From the human T2T-CHM13v2.0 reference genome, Homo sapiens, in assembly GCF_009914755.1 (NCBI RefSeq), contig NC_060927.1: a stretch of DNA of 64,000 nt; one strand, given 5' to 3'. Positions within the stretch are counted from its first letter, which is position 1. Every line of letters begins with the position of its first letter. Position numbers and translations under genes: made by a program. Of this stretch, positions 39,324 through 51,812 are shown piece after piece. The notes under the pieces are model-generated. The model searched no databases. It had not been told where the DNA came from and saw only the letters and a list, made by a program, of their open reading frames with translations.

Positions 39324-42300
39324 ACCATGATTTCTTGTGTCTGAAACCAATTGCTGGGGTAAATTCTTTAGGTTTCATTATCTGTTGATATTTTTTACAG
39401 TCAGAGACCAATGTTTTTGTCTTCTGACTCCGTTGTTGCTTTCAAAAAGTCCACTATCATTCTAATTGTTGTTTTGCTGTACATAACTTCTTCTTTCTCT
39501 CTGGTTATTTTAAAATAGTTGCTTTGTCTTTGGTGTTCCACATTATTTATAAGTGGCTATATATTATTTTCATTATTTTTGGATAGAGTGTGCATACTTG
39601 ATCTGCAGATTCACATATTAAACAAGTTCTTAAAAAACTATTATTTCTTAAACATTGCCTCTCCTTCATTCTCTCTTGAGGACTTATAGTCAAGGTATTC
39701 TTTTTAATGTTCTTTTAAATATTTTCCAATTCATTTATTTCATATGGTGTTCTTTAGTTGTTTCTTCCAGTTCATTACTTTCCTCTTCAAGACTGCTTAT
39801 ATAACACTTAATTCCTAGTAATACCTCATTATCACTTAGCAACTGTGTATTTTATATACTTAAACATTTTATGCATTTGTTATAAAACCTGTATCTGATA
39901 ATTCCAAAATATGCAGTTTATAGTGAGGAGCTAGGACTGTTGGTTGTTTTGGCTGACTGGCATAAATAATAAATCAATTATTTCTAGGCATAATTATTAC
40001 CAGCATAAATCTTATGTTTATTGACTTTATGATTTTCAACTTATTGCTTTATCACAATCTGTGGATAGCCTGTGGACCAAGTTGGAAAAGTTTTCCTCCA
40101 AAACAGATGTACTTTGGCTTTTGCTAGTAACAATTGCACCAATAATCTCAGATCACTTCAGTTCCTCTTAGGAGTATCAGCTCATTATCGGCGTTTGCAT
40201 CTTTGTTTCCTCTGCGAATCACACAGGGCTGAGTGTCCTGTTAGTCAGGATATTGTCAATATTTGCAATTGAGGTAATGCTACTTCTCATTGACTGCAGT
40301 GATGTTTATAGTTTCCTGCCAATTATTTGCTTCCATCCCAAAATGTGTGTGAGTGTGAGTGTTTTTGTGTGAAAAGAAGTCAGTCTATGGAGAATTCTAC
40401 TTTTAACACTAATAATGCCTCAAAATGTTTGGGCAAAATTTTCCCCCAAAATAAGCCACATTAATCTGTTTTTTTAAATGCATGAAAAATAAATTTGAAT
40501 CAATTAAATATTTATTGTGTGTAGATTCAAAGTCAATAAGAGAACAGGTGATATGTGCTTATTACTAAATCTGTGAAGACTGTCCATGAAGAATGACACA
40601 TTGGTAAATAGTGCTCTAGCTCATGCTAATTTCTCCCTCCTTGAGCACCTATTATATATAACATGTGTCCTATTTATTCTGATAATTAGTCAATTTTACC
40701 TGTACTCCTTTATTTATATTGACCATTTTTATTTTTGTGTTATATACAAGTGCATTTCAGGGATAGTGATTTAGATTACATTTAAATGTCCCAGGTCTTA
40801 TTGTAATTCATTTCATAAATAGTATAAATAATTATTCAGTTGACTATAACATGAATATTTTTCTGACAAATATGTCTTTCTACTAGAGTTTGCAATTATA
40901 GACACCTGTAATCATCTGTTTCCCCTAGAACTTCCATACTAAAATGGATATTTGAGGTGGAATAGCAATTAAATTCATTTTGCATTTACTAATGAGACAT
41001 GTTGCATTCCTTATGGCTAGCATGTTGATAACATAAATATTCCTTTGTTTTCTGAATGAATAATCTTTTACAGCCTAGAAACTGGATGCTGTCCTTGGCT
41101 TGACTGTATCATGCATTGCTGGCAAACAATAAGCACTATCTCATAAAAATCTCATCATTTTGATCTATGCCTTTTATCTCTATACTAATTGTATTACATA
41201 ATATATTGATTTATCTTCTTCAGAATAACATGCAGACATTGGCTGGGGAATACTCTAATGTTTAGAACTAGCACTTCTATTTTCTGAAGTCTGTGATGTT
41301 TTGTTTTGTATCACATATTTCATGGTTTATAATATTCTAAATCCTGAAATTGTCCTAGACTATTTCATGTGAAATATTTTAAAATACATTTAAATTGTAA
41401 AGTATTCCATTTTCGTTCTGAAGAGACTAAATTTCTAATTTTTAAAAGGCAGTTTATCAGCTCACTTAAATCAAATCTAAAGAGAAACATTCATTTTATC
41501 TTCCAGATTTAAACACAAATTTTTAAACCCATTATTACTTATGCACAGTGTAAAAGTTTTTCTCATCTAAATATCCTGTTAATCAAATTTATTGTGCTAA
41601 TAGACACAGACATGGTGGTTGGAATAATATGATTACTCAATATGTAGATATCTAAAGGGCCTATTTAAAATGTAAGATGTTTTTCATAGATGAGTTTTCA
41701 TTGCACATATTTTAAAGCCTTTTTAGAATAAACTTTAAGCTAATAGAAAGTCGCCAACGTATCTCCAGATTTTGTATAATAAATTTTTGAAAATCTTTTA
41801 AATCATATTTCTTATGACAATAGTTTTCTGCAAATGATGTAGTTCATTTTCCTAATCTAAAAGAAAATTCAGGGAGCATTTTTCCATTTTTTTAAATTAT
41901 CCTAGTTAGACATACGTAATGAAAAAATATTCTACTTAACTGTCACAGATGGGATCAGCATCTTTAAGGGCTGTGCAGTAGTTCAGAAAGAAATTGTAAA
42001 ACAAAACATGATCCAAAGACCATGTGATTATTGTGCTTGTTAATTTATCAATATTAATGGAGAAAAAGTTTTGTGTGAACTACTTGCTTGAATTGTATCT
42101 TTTTCCATTTTCCATTACATACTTCTAGTAATTATTCTTCTGTAGCCTAATATGAAATTGATAGAATTAAAACAATAATTTAAAAAATCTAAGCATTTGT
42201 GCATCTGCTACTTCTGTCCCAGACATTTGGCAAATTGTTATGTTTCTCAGGACCTCTGTTACTCATAAGTAAAAGAGTACTCACTGCTTTTGCAAATGAA

Positions 42301-43053
42301 AAGAGAAAATTTGCTAATTATTTTTATAATGTCAATCAAATTAATAAATTTGTTAATATTAAATAATAACTATGAAGAATATTGTCTTTTACAGATTATA
42401 GCCAGTTTAAAAATATGTTTGTGGCAACAGTGCAAATGATACACAATAGTTAGGGAGAATATTCGTTTCATGAATATTTATATAAGTACTTAAAACTACG
42501 CAAATGCTAATGTTGAAATGGAATCCAGAAAGGTAAATGAGAAGAAGAAACAGTATGACTATGCTTAGTAAATTTATGTGTATGTATCAGTGGCATTGTA
42601 TCTTTTGTGGCATAAAAGAAGTGGGGTTTCAATCATACAAATGAATGAGTAAATGTCAAACTAGAAAGGTAAAATCTTTTATCTGAGTCAATTGCACAGT
42701 GTACGAATTGTTTGATTGTAAAGATAAGCCTCTAATTATTAAGAATGAGACATTTAAATTTTAATAATTCCCAAATTACTCTAGAAATTTTGCTTTTCTT
42801 GTATGACATATAACAGAACATTCTTGAGCAGATGAAGATGTTGTTTTAGTCTTCTAATAATTAAGTTAACACAAAATAAATAAAGCCATTTTTAGCCACA
42901 GCATTCAACAAAAGTCCTGGATCTGTTTGGTAAGTTTAAGATGATGATGGTGAAAACATTTACAGCATTTTCCTACTGTCATACAACAAGCTATTTTGGA
43001 ACTATCTAGGCATCTAAAGGACTTCCAAAGAGCTTTTAGAGTTTTAGAATTTC

Positions 43054-43173
43054 CTATTCTGTTTTCTATTCTATTCTATTCTATTCTATTCTATTCTATT
43101 CTATTCTATTCTATTCTATTCTATTCTATTCTATTATGTTCTATCCTATTCTATTATTTTATTGTATTCTATT
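43054..43173. repeat. (ATTCT)n pentanucleotide repeat
   Basis: About 14 pure ttcta units 43064-43135 with degenerate flanks. Confidence 0.95.
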
Positions 43174-43325
43174 CACAAACCACTTTATAAAATTTTCCAT
43201 AATCTGGATTTGGCAATTTTTATTATATTATGTACTTGAGCCTTAGTTTGATGAACTGCTGCCAATTTCTGCCAGCTCACATATAGGATGACCCTTAGTG
43301 TATTTCATGCTGATTCTATTTCTTT

Positions 43326-43646
43326 TTTTATTATTAAACTTTAAGTTGTGGGATACATGTGCAGAACGTAAAGGCTCGTTACATGGGTATACACAGGCCA
43401 TGGTGGTTTGCTGCACCCATCAACCTGTCATCTACATTGGGTATTTCTCCTAATGCTATCCCTCCCCTAGCCCTCCACCCACCAACAGGCCCCAGAGTGT
43501 GATGTTCCCCTCCCTGTGTCCAGGTGTTCTCATTGTTCAACTCCCACTTCTGAGTGAGAACATGCAGTGTTTGGTCTTCTGTTCTTGTGTTACTTTGCTG
43601 AGAATGATGGTTTCCAGCTTCAGCCATGTCCCTGCAAAGGACACGA
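43326..43646 (-). mobile_element. L1PA7/8-type short 3' fragment
   Basis: gggatacatgtgcagaacgt...ggtggtttgctgcacccatcaacc; perfect 13-bp TSD attctatttcttt at 43313-43325 and 43647-43659. Confidence 0.92.
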
Positions 43647-43719
43647 ATTCTATTTCTTTATTATGCTTTGTTACCAGCCCGGTGCTTTGGTGCCAGTCCT
43701 GAATTTATGTAAGTATTAG

Positions 43720-43876
43720 TAATATATATATATATAAAATATATATATAGATTTACATATACACACATACACACATATATAAGTTTAAAATATTTAGATA
43801 TTTTATATCTATATTTTATAATATAGATATATTTTATATGTCTACTATAATAAGTATAAAATGTTTGTGTGTATAC

Positions 43877-43936
<60 letters not shown>

Positions 43937-43950
43937 CATATATAGGAATA
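43720..43950. repeat. TA-rich low-complexity tract with pure (TA)n
   Basis: Direct reading; pure (TA)n about 43888-43927. Confidence 0.92.
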
Positions 43951-44844
43951 TATCTACTCATAAGTGCAAGGGAAAAGAGCATTCTATAGTTATTGGTCAA
44001 GAGTTCACCCAATTAGAAAAAGGATTTTTATTATGTCAGTTTCATTAAGTTATACTGAAACATCTATATTAAACATTGATCTAATTTATTATTTTCAAAG
44101 GCAAATTTGCTCTTTCAAGGAAAACAACAAATGTAGCCACAATTATCTGAGATTTGTTATTAATGCATGATTTTATTCCTTATTCTTAAAATATTGGTTC
44201 ATTTTTGAAAGTGAATTACTGCTCAGTTTTCTCCCCTATTTAAAAATTAATTTTCATTGAATTATTTTATTTAACTATAAACTTTGTGTTGTGTCTTTAA
44301 CTCATTTTTTTCCTCTGCAGAGGAGGAAAACTTAAAAGAATAAAAAGAACTTCCTTACTTCATGTGGCTTTTTAACATTTCTTCTCTAATAAGGATGATT
44401 CATATCAGTCATTTTTTTGATAAAAAGCATTGCATGGCTAGAGAACAGATGGCATAGCTATTAACCATGATTAAGGGCTTTATTCACAAAGCATTTGTGG
44501 ATTATTTCTGCATTTTTTGACTTTCTGGTATTGTGCCCTCAATTTGCATAGCAGTAGTTCTGATGTAGCAGAAAGTTCTGTTTGCCATTATCATTTGTTG
44601 AAACTCACATTAAAAAAATTTGAGTCTATGAACTGGGAAAAAAATAAAATAGAAACACCAACAATTTAATAAGAAAAACTAAAAACCTAGATACCTAAAA
44701 AATATGAAGCTCTGAACTTTACAAAAGCAACATATTACTACAGAGGAGATCACATTAATACTTAAAACTACTTTCCTTTATTCTTAATTGGTGAGGATTC
44801 AGATGACAGGTTTTCTTATTTGTGATATATATATGCATACAGGC

Positions 44845-44849
44845 ACACA

Positions 44850-44892
<43 letters not shown>
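44845..44892. repeat. (CA)n microsatellite
   Basis: Direct reading. Confidence 0.95.
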
Positions 44893-44895
<3 letters not shown>

Positions 44896-45909
44896 ACCCT
44901 ATCCACTAGAGCTAACTCTTTAGAAATTGTCTTATCTTACTCAAGGTATTACATATAATTTTAAAACTCTCTAAACAGAAAGTTTCAAGGAGATGAAAGA
45001 GATGAGATGAGTACTGGGGAAGAGAGTAAGATACAAATGGAAGCTGCAAGTGTCAATATAAACCTCACCTGATTAAATGATCTGTGCCAAGACCACAACG
45101 TATTTTGTGGTTTTATGTATGTAATATTTTCATCTTCTTCTTAACATTGGTGTTACATATTCAACATCCAGAGTAATTAACTATAAATTAACTTTGTATG
45201 TTAACTAGGTTCCTCATAGCCTCTAGCAATGCTATCGAACACTAAATCTTTAATAAATACTTTAACTTATCTTGCATAATTACAAATATTCTTTTCTCAA
45301 AACAAGTGTTGCTTTATCTTTAGAGTACATATTAACACATTGCTTTCAAAACACAGACAAGATAGATACAAACAGAAAAATCTGGTATGAAAAGAGTCAA
45401 CCTTCTGTCCTACCAACCCCCATTTCCATTCACTCCTTAAACTTTAATTATTGTAAAAGCCTCTATTCTAAGTTGGTGTGTGGCTTACTTTCATAACTCT
45501 AATTCATATACTAATAAATCAATTTTGCTTTATCAGTTAAGGCAAGATAACATTGATATCCTATTCTAAAAAATGACATTTTTGCTGCCTTATTTAACTC
45601 CCATTCAGCTCTCTTTCTTTCTTCCTTCAATTTTTATAATTATATTGCTATTTTAATATATTCAATTTTAAAATTTCATATTCCACATCTTCATCCATAT
45701 CATGACTCATCATGAAACTTGAGGGTATGAGATATACTCTTTTTCCATCCTTTCTCTCCCCTTCTACATCACCATCTCTGTCAATGTTTTCTCATATTTT
45801 CATTTTCAGAGATAAAAATATTTGTATTGCATTTTATCATCTTAATAGAGCCTCAGTTGAGCCTATAAGGCTAAATTTAAATAATTTTTAAATTACTATG
45901 TAAAAAGTA

Positions 45910-46167
45910 CTCCGTGAGGCACTGCCTTGATCTTCATTTTTAGCTGTTTGTAATGAAGCTAGGAGACGGCCCTCAGCTATCAGATTTCTTTTGGAATTCC
46001 TTCAACTGAGGAAAACTGCCTTGCTTTTCCAGGACAGCTCTAAACCAGGGACTGAATGAAATGCTGTAGTAAAATGCTTCATTACCTTATCCCAATTTGG
46101 GACGGCTCTGTGGGACAGAGTTCAGAGCTCCCCATCTGCTTCCTGTGAAACTCAACCTGCTGTGACA
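45910..46167 (+). mobile_element. LTR16A-like ERVL 5' LTR (internally deleted)
   Basis: ccctcagctatcag...ggaattccttcaactgagg...cccaatttgggacggctctg...tctgcttcctgtgaaactcaacctgctgtgaca. Confidence 0.72.
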
Positions 46168-46169
46168 CC

Positions 46170-46181
46170 TGGTACCAGAAG
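46170..46181 (+). promoter_or_regulatory. ERVL primer binding site (tRNA-Leu type)
   Basis: tggtaccagaag 2 nt after the LTR end, complementary to the 3' end of tRNA-Leu(TAA). Confidence 0.65.
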
Positions 46182-47760
46182 CGATTGGAGAAAGCAACTA
46201 CTCAGATTGGATTTTGGCAGTGTTCCTGGCACCTCTTCAGCATGAGAACCAGATAACTAGTGGTAGCTAGGGCACAGATATCTTGACACAAAAACACAAT
46301 TGTTAAAATTTTCACTCATAATGAACTAAGGAGGCACATCTGAAAGAAAAATGCACTAAACTGTGCAATGTATCAAGATTTTCAGAATTACATGGCAGGG
46401 GAAAAATGTAACTGTAAGGACAGTAGAATTGTAAAGGTATTGTTAAGATCACCTGATGTTCAAGAAAAGGACAACAAAAAGATGAGAGAGAACAGTAAAT
46501 TGTTTATTTAAAGCCAATTGTGAAAGCCACAGGGCCTCACTTGTCTCATTTAAAGACTTTATCATCTGCATGTACCAGGCAGATAAAAGATAAGATCAAG
46601 ACTAGGAATTTATTGTAAGAGTAACCAAATTTCAAACAAGCTTAAAAGTCCAACCAAAGAAGATCTGTTATGCCAAAATCAGATCTCTAGTCAGAAAGAA
46701 TAGGATCTTGAATCATGATGTAGAAATATCTAGGTTGATGCACCCAAATCTTGAAGCTCTTGATTCCTCTGAACTACCTATCCATTAATCTACTCTTCAT
46801 TAATGACAGCATTTCATCACCCTCTACCCTTACTTCCATACACATCTTGTTTAAATAAAAAGAAGATAACTCTTTTCTGAAAGATAATAGGCCCCCACTC
46901 ATAATATGCCTCTACCTTCCCTTCTTCCTGGACATTAGGCTATTAAGTATAATTAAGTCTTAACCGAATCTTGGCAGAAGCATGGTGAGCCTGATGGAAG
47001 AAAAGGAACCATAACATGAAGAAACTGCAAGAGCTAGCCAAGATGTACTGTTAGGGTCCTGGAGAGTGCACATATTTTTGACTTCCAAGAGTCTTGAAAT
47101 AGAGGGACTGAAGCATACATTTGGATACATTATGATTTATTAACATAGCAGAACTCTTCCAGGATACAGGATTTAACATACTGAGAAAGACACTGAGAGA
47201 TGGTATGAACATGATTCTGGGGAGGCTCCTAAATGTATAAAGAAATCCATTGGCCCCTTTAAGTGAGGTGAAATGCCAGAATTACAAAAATAAATGTTGG
47301 AAGAAGGAATTAAAATGCTCAGAGAAGTGGGCATATGAGATTGGATACAATCTGTAAGGCTAGAAAATGCCCAGGTGACTACATTCCCATGAATGACATG
47401 GAAAACACATCATTTCCCAAAGCAATAAGACCTATGCTGATGAGAGGGGCACCATCATCACTAAAACGTCAGTGGTAGCTTCTCTGAAACCTGGAGCTAA
47501 TGGTGGGAGATCCTGTTGCACAACTGGGCTCACTAACAGCACTGGGGGTAATAGGAACTGCAGCAATAAATGTCACATTGAAATCAAATCCTCAAAAGCC
47601 ATGAGGGCAAAGTCTTTGATTTCAAAACTTTGGTATGGCAAGTTGGAGAAACAGTCAAATTGGTCTGACACAAAATAATGGACAAAAACATATATAGGAA
47701 CAAAATAGGATGATAACAATTGTGAGCGTATCTCGAGTTCTACCATTAAAGAATTCAAAG

Positions 47761-48070
47761 GGTCAGGTTGCAGTGGCTCACGCCTGTAATCCCAACACTT
47801 TGGGTGGCTGAGGCAGGTGGATCACGAAGTCAGGAGATTGAGACCAGCCTGGCCAACATGGTGAAACCCAGTCTCTACGAAAAATACAAAAATTAGCCAG
47901 ATGTAGTGGCGCATGCCTGTAATCCCAGCTACTTGGGAGTCAGGAGAATCACATCAACCCAGGAAGCAGAGGTTGCATTGGGCTGAGATCGTGCCACTGT
48001 ATTCCAGCCTAGGTGTCAGAGTAAGACTCCATGTCAATCAGTCAATCAATCAATCGATCAATCAATCAGT
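47761..48070 (+). mobile_element. AluS (Sg/Sc-like) with (TCAA)n tail
   Basis: ggtcaggttgcagtggctcacgcctgtaatccc...; TSD aagaattcaaag/aagaattcaagg at 47749-47760 and 48071-48082. Confidence 0.92.
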
Positions 48071-50281
48071 AAGAATTCAAGGGATGATCATGAGGCTGAG
48101 ATAGTTGTTCCAATAAAAACTGCCTAGTTCTTTCTCAGTTTCTGAACTAGAACCCATTTTTATACACAGAACTCATTGCTTGAAAAAAAAGTCTGATCCC
48201 AAAAAGGAAGATTTTACTGAGAAGGCAGGTCTACTCAGTAATGAGTCTCATAATACATGTTAAAAAGTACATAAATATATGTATTCAGGTACCTCAAGAA
48301 AAAGGAGATACTCAAATATTTTAAGTACTATTGGACATAGAGTCAATGTTGTCATTTATGTCTGGAGATTAGAAGGGCCACTATGGCTCTAGGTTATATG
48401 AGAATATATTGGAGCCAAATATAAATAGTTTTGGCTTGGATCTAGCTCACAGTGAGTGAGTTCATGGGATTTATGAAGATACAAGGTGTTCATTGCCCAG
48501 CCACTGAATTTCTCATTAGAGTAGGCATACATGTTGGTAGGCACAAAGCTCAGATCTGTAGACAGCAGAGTAAGAAATATTATAATGAACAAAGCCAAGT
48601 AGGAGCCTCCAATTCTTTACCTTTTTCCCTCTCCAAAACAGTAAATCAAAACATGAGGCCTGTACTACCTGATAATGTAGCTTGCTTGTGCCTTCTGTCA
48701 TACCATATCATGAGGTTTGTTATTACAGGCCTTGTTTCATAGCATATAATGGGGAAAATGGCAGAAATTGGTGACATATTTAAAGACTTAAAAATGCAAG
48801 TTGGTAGTCATCCCTATTTCAATTTAATTTACCAATTTGGTTCCTGAAAAAAACAAAACAAACAAAAAAAAAAAAAAAAAAAAACAGATGGATTCTGGAT
48901 AATGACAGTGAAATATCTTAATTAGCCAAGCCGTAATCACAGGTACTGTGGCAGATATGGTATTTCTGCAGGTGCACATTTGCATTTTCAGGGGCAGAGT
49001 ATGGAGCTATTTAGTTAGCAAATGAGTTATTTTACATTCACATTAGAAAAGTGGATTTTATTTATTTTCAACAAACAAACATGCAAACAAGTAGTTGTTC
49101 TCTAGGGTTATGTTAATTATTTCACCTTCGCTGGTAATATGGTTCAAAGAGATCTGGACCTGTTTGACATTTTGTAGAATTTCATACTAATCCATTCTAC
49201 CGATGTCATCATGATTAGTGGAGCAAGAAAAGGCTACCCCATTGATGACCTTGGTAAGGCATGTGAAATCCAGATCGTGGAAGGAAAACTTTAGAAAATG
49301 AAAAGACTACATTAGGAAAACTTTTTGTGTTTGTGTGCCAATGGCCTGGGACATACTGGTCATCCCCTCCATAATAAAGGAAAATATATTGCATTTATTG
49401 AAGATGCCAAAACCAATAAGGGACAATAATGCCTAGTAGTCCTCTTCTGCATATTCTACTCCTAGGAATACTGCTCTGACTAATGCACATCGTGACAGAA
49501 AACTCTCCTAGCTTTAAATGAAGTCCAGAGAAGAAAGGGATGTGTAGAATGTTCAGTTTGTGATGCAAGCAGCCCTGCGGCTTGGAACATACAATCAGTA
49601 GACTCTGTGCCACAGAATGTTAGAGGTATAATACTATATTATGGTGGTAGAGGTGGTAAAATACACTCTTTAGAGTTTATGAAGTGCCCCAATGGGAAAA
49701 TTAGAAACCCGAACCATATCTTTATCCAGCAGTTTAAAGAAATGCATATCTTTTAGGAAAATACCTCTTGGCTTGCCATTGGGCACCTGTAGCGACAGAA
49801 CACCTCATAATTGACCATGTGTCCGGAAGAGTCATAAGTTGGGTTCTATAAAATTCAACAAGTCAGAGACAGACCCAGAAATAACCAATTTTAAGATGGA
49901 CATAGGTTAGCCAGGATTGACTACAAGCAGGAACTGAAGGCACAAGCAAGCAACATCATCAGATTATACGGGCCTCATGTCATCCACCACTATTGCACAG
50001 CTCAGTTCAGACATATGGTAGTAAAAATTCCTGACTGGTTGGCTGATACTTTGATGCAAGCAAAAACAGGTTAATGACCACAGTAGAATTCCACTCAATG
50101 AAGATCTTGAAAGAAAGTAGTGAGAAAAAAAATCTTCCTCATGGTCAAAGCATCAGCTTGTAGACCTATTCATACACTTTGGATGAAAAGAGGAGTGGAG
50201 CATAGTTCAAATATACACTCATGAGAAGTTGTTCATGGCCTGGCTGTCAAGAACAGGCAAACAGAAAGACAGGAAGGTTGG

Positions 50282-50535
50282 TGCGATAGGCAGAACAATA
50301 GTCTTTCAGAGGTCCACATCCTAGTCCTTGGAAACTGTAACTATGTTAGCTTACATGACTAGGATAATTTACAGATATGATTAAAGTTAACAACCTTGAG
50401 ATGGGGAGATTATCCTGGACTATCCCAGTGGACCCAATCTAATCATTTGAGTTTGTATAAGTGGAGAATCTTTCCCAGCTGTGTTCAGAGAACTAAAGAA
50501 ATAACAGCATGAGAACAATTTGGACCAAAATTGCT
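50282..50535 (+). mobile_element. MLT1D/E LTR 5' part
   Basis: aggcagaacaat...tccacatcctagtccttggaaactgt...ccttgagatggggagattatcctgga. Confidence 0.8.
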
Positions 50536-50537
50536 GT

Positions 50538-50703
50538 CTTATTTTTTTAATACTTTAAGTTCTAGGGTACATGTGCACAACGTGCAGGTTTGTTACATAT
50601 GTATGCATGTGCCATGTTGGTGTGCTGCACACATTAACTTGTCATTTACATTAGGTATATCTCCTGCTATCCCTCCCCCCTCCCCCCTCCCCTCCACTCC
50701 ACA
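50538..50703 (-). mobile_element. Very short young L1PA 3' end
   Basis: tactttaagttctagggtacatgtgcacaacgtgcagg...ccctccccc; no TSD seen. Confidence 0.9.
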
Positions 50704-50749
50704 AAGTCTGTGAATTTCTGTTATGGCAGCCTAACCTGACTAGGATACT

Positions 50750-51725
50750 GGGTTGGTAATTTTGTTTTACCATTAAGTGTGTTTAGATGTTGCATTTTTT
50801 TCTGGCTTTTATTATCTTTGAGGAGAAACCAGGCCTAATTCATATTAGTATTCTTCTTATTACTTTATTTAACAATTTTTACTTTAATTAATATCTTTGC
50901 TTTTCTATAGTTTGATTAGGATTTGTCTATTGAATTGTGCTGAGCTTTTGGATTTCTAAATTTATTTTATTCACCAAATTTGCAAGATTTAAGGCTCTTT
51001 TTCCTCAGTTTGTTTTGTTTTGTTTTGTGGGCTTTTTTTCTTCTTTCTCTAGCTCTTCTATCTCATCTCTTTTTTTGGACCCCTAATCCACTTATGGTAG
51101 ACCACTCGATATTATCTTATAGGTCACTATATCTTTTTTATTTATTTTTTCTCTTTATATAAGATAACTTTTATTAATCTCTTCGCATTCACTAAACTTT
51201 CTTCTGCTGTCTTCAATGTGCAGTTTAACTGTTCTAGTACACTGAATTCATTTCAGATATTGGAATTTTCAATTATGAGATACTTATTTAGTTTTATATT
51301 TTTGTTTTCACTTCATAATTGAGATTCACTGTTTGTTCACTTATTATGATAGTATTTTCCTTTATATTCTTGCCCATATTAGTACTGGTTTATTTAATGT
51401 TTCTGATTGTTAAGTCTCACATTACCAGGTCTTATTCTATTACTTGTTGTTCTTTTCTCCCCCAAATATGGCTCACATTTTCCTGTTTCTTCTTATGTGT
51501 AGTAATTTTGGATTATATACTGAACAATGTAGATAATGCAATCCAGAGGCTTTCAGTTAGGTTTTCATTCTCTGAAGTGTGTTGGCTGCTTTCTTTTTTC
51601 AGCAAGCAATTACATTATTGGTTGATACTTCTGAAATCATGAAGGCTTGGTTTTGCATTTTGATAGACTCCATCTATGTAAAGACTGAGGTTTTTACCAA
51701 GCACTCTAACTTGACTTCATTAATA
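50750..51725 (-). mobile_element. Ancient L1M ORF1/5' fragment (resumes about 53043-53465)
   Basis: tcaccaaatttg, cactaaacttttcttctgctgtc, ccaagcactctaacttg ... tgaaatctctgcacagttct. Confidence 0.6.
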
Positions 51726-51727
51726 CT

Positions 51728-51812
51728 GTCTTTGAACTGTTGACCTCAACTTACCCTCCCACCTCAGCCTCTCAAAGTGCTGGAACTGCAGGTGTGATCC
51801 ACTGTGCCCATC
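51728..51812 (-). mobile_element. Alu left-arm fragment (AluJ/FLAM-like)
   Basis: cctcccacctcagcctctcaaagtgctggaactgcaggtgtgatccactgtgccc. Confidence 0.75.

Larger units (their letters stand above)
46168..50275 (+). mobile_element. HERV16/ERV3-16A3-like ERVL internal region (decayed gag-pro-pol)
   Basis: Follows LTR and PBS; protease-like tattggacatagag; RT start PIWFLK..TDGFWIMTV at about 48832-48910; gggttatgttaat and gagatctggacc RT motifs. Confidence 0.75.

Noticed and set aside
42996-43939. ORFs with ILFYS and YI repeats
   Set aside because: Translations of microsatellites.
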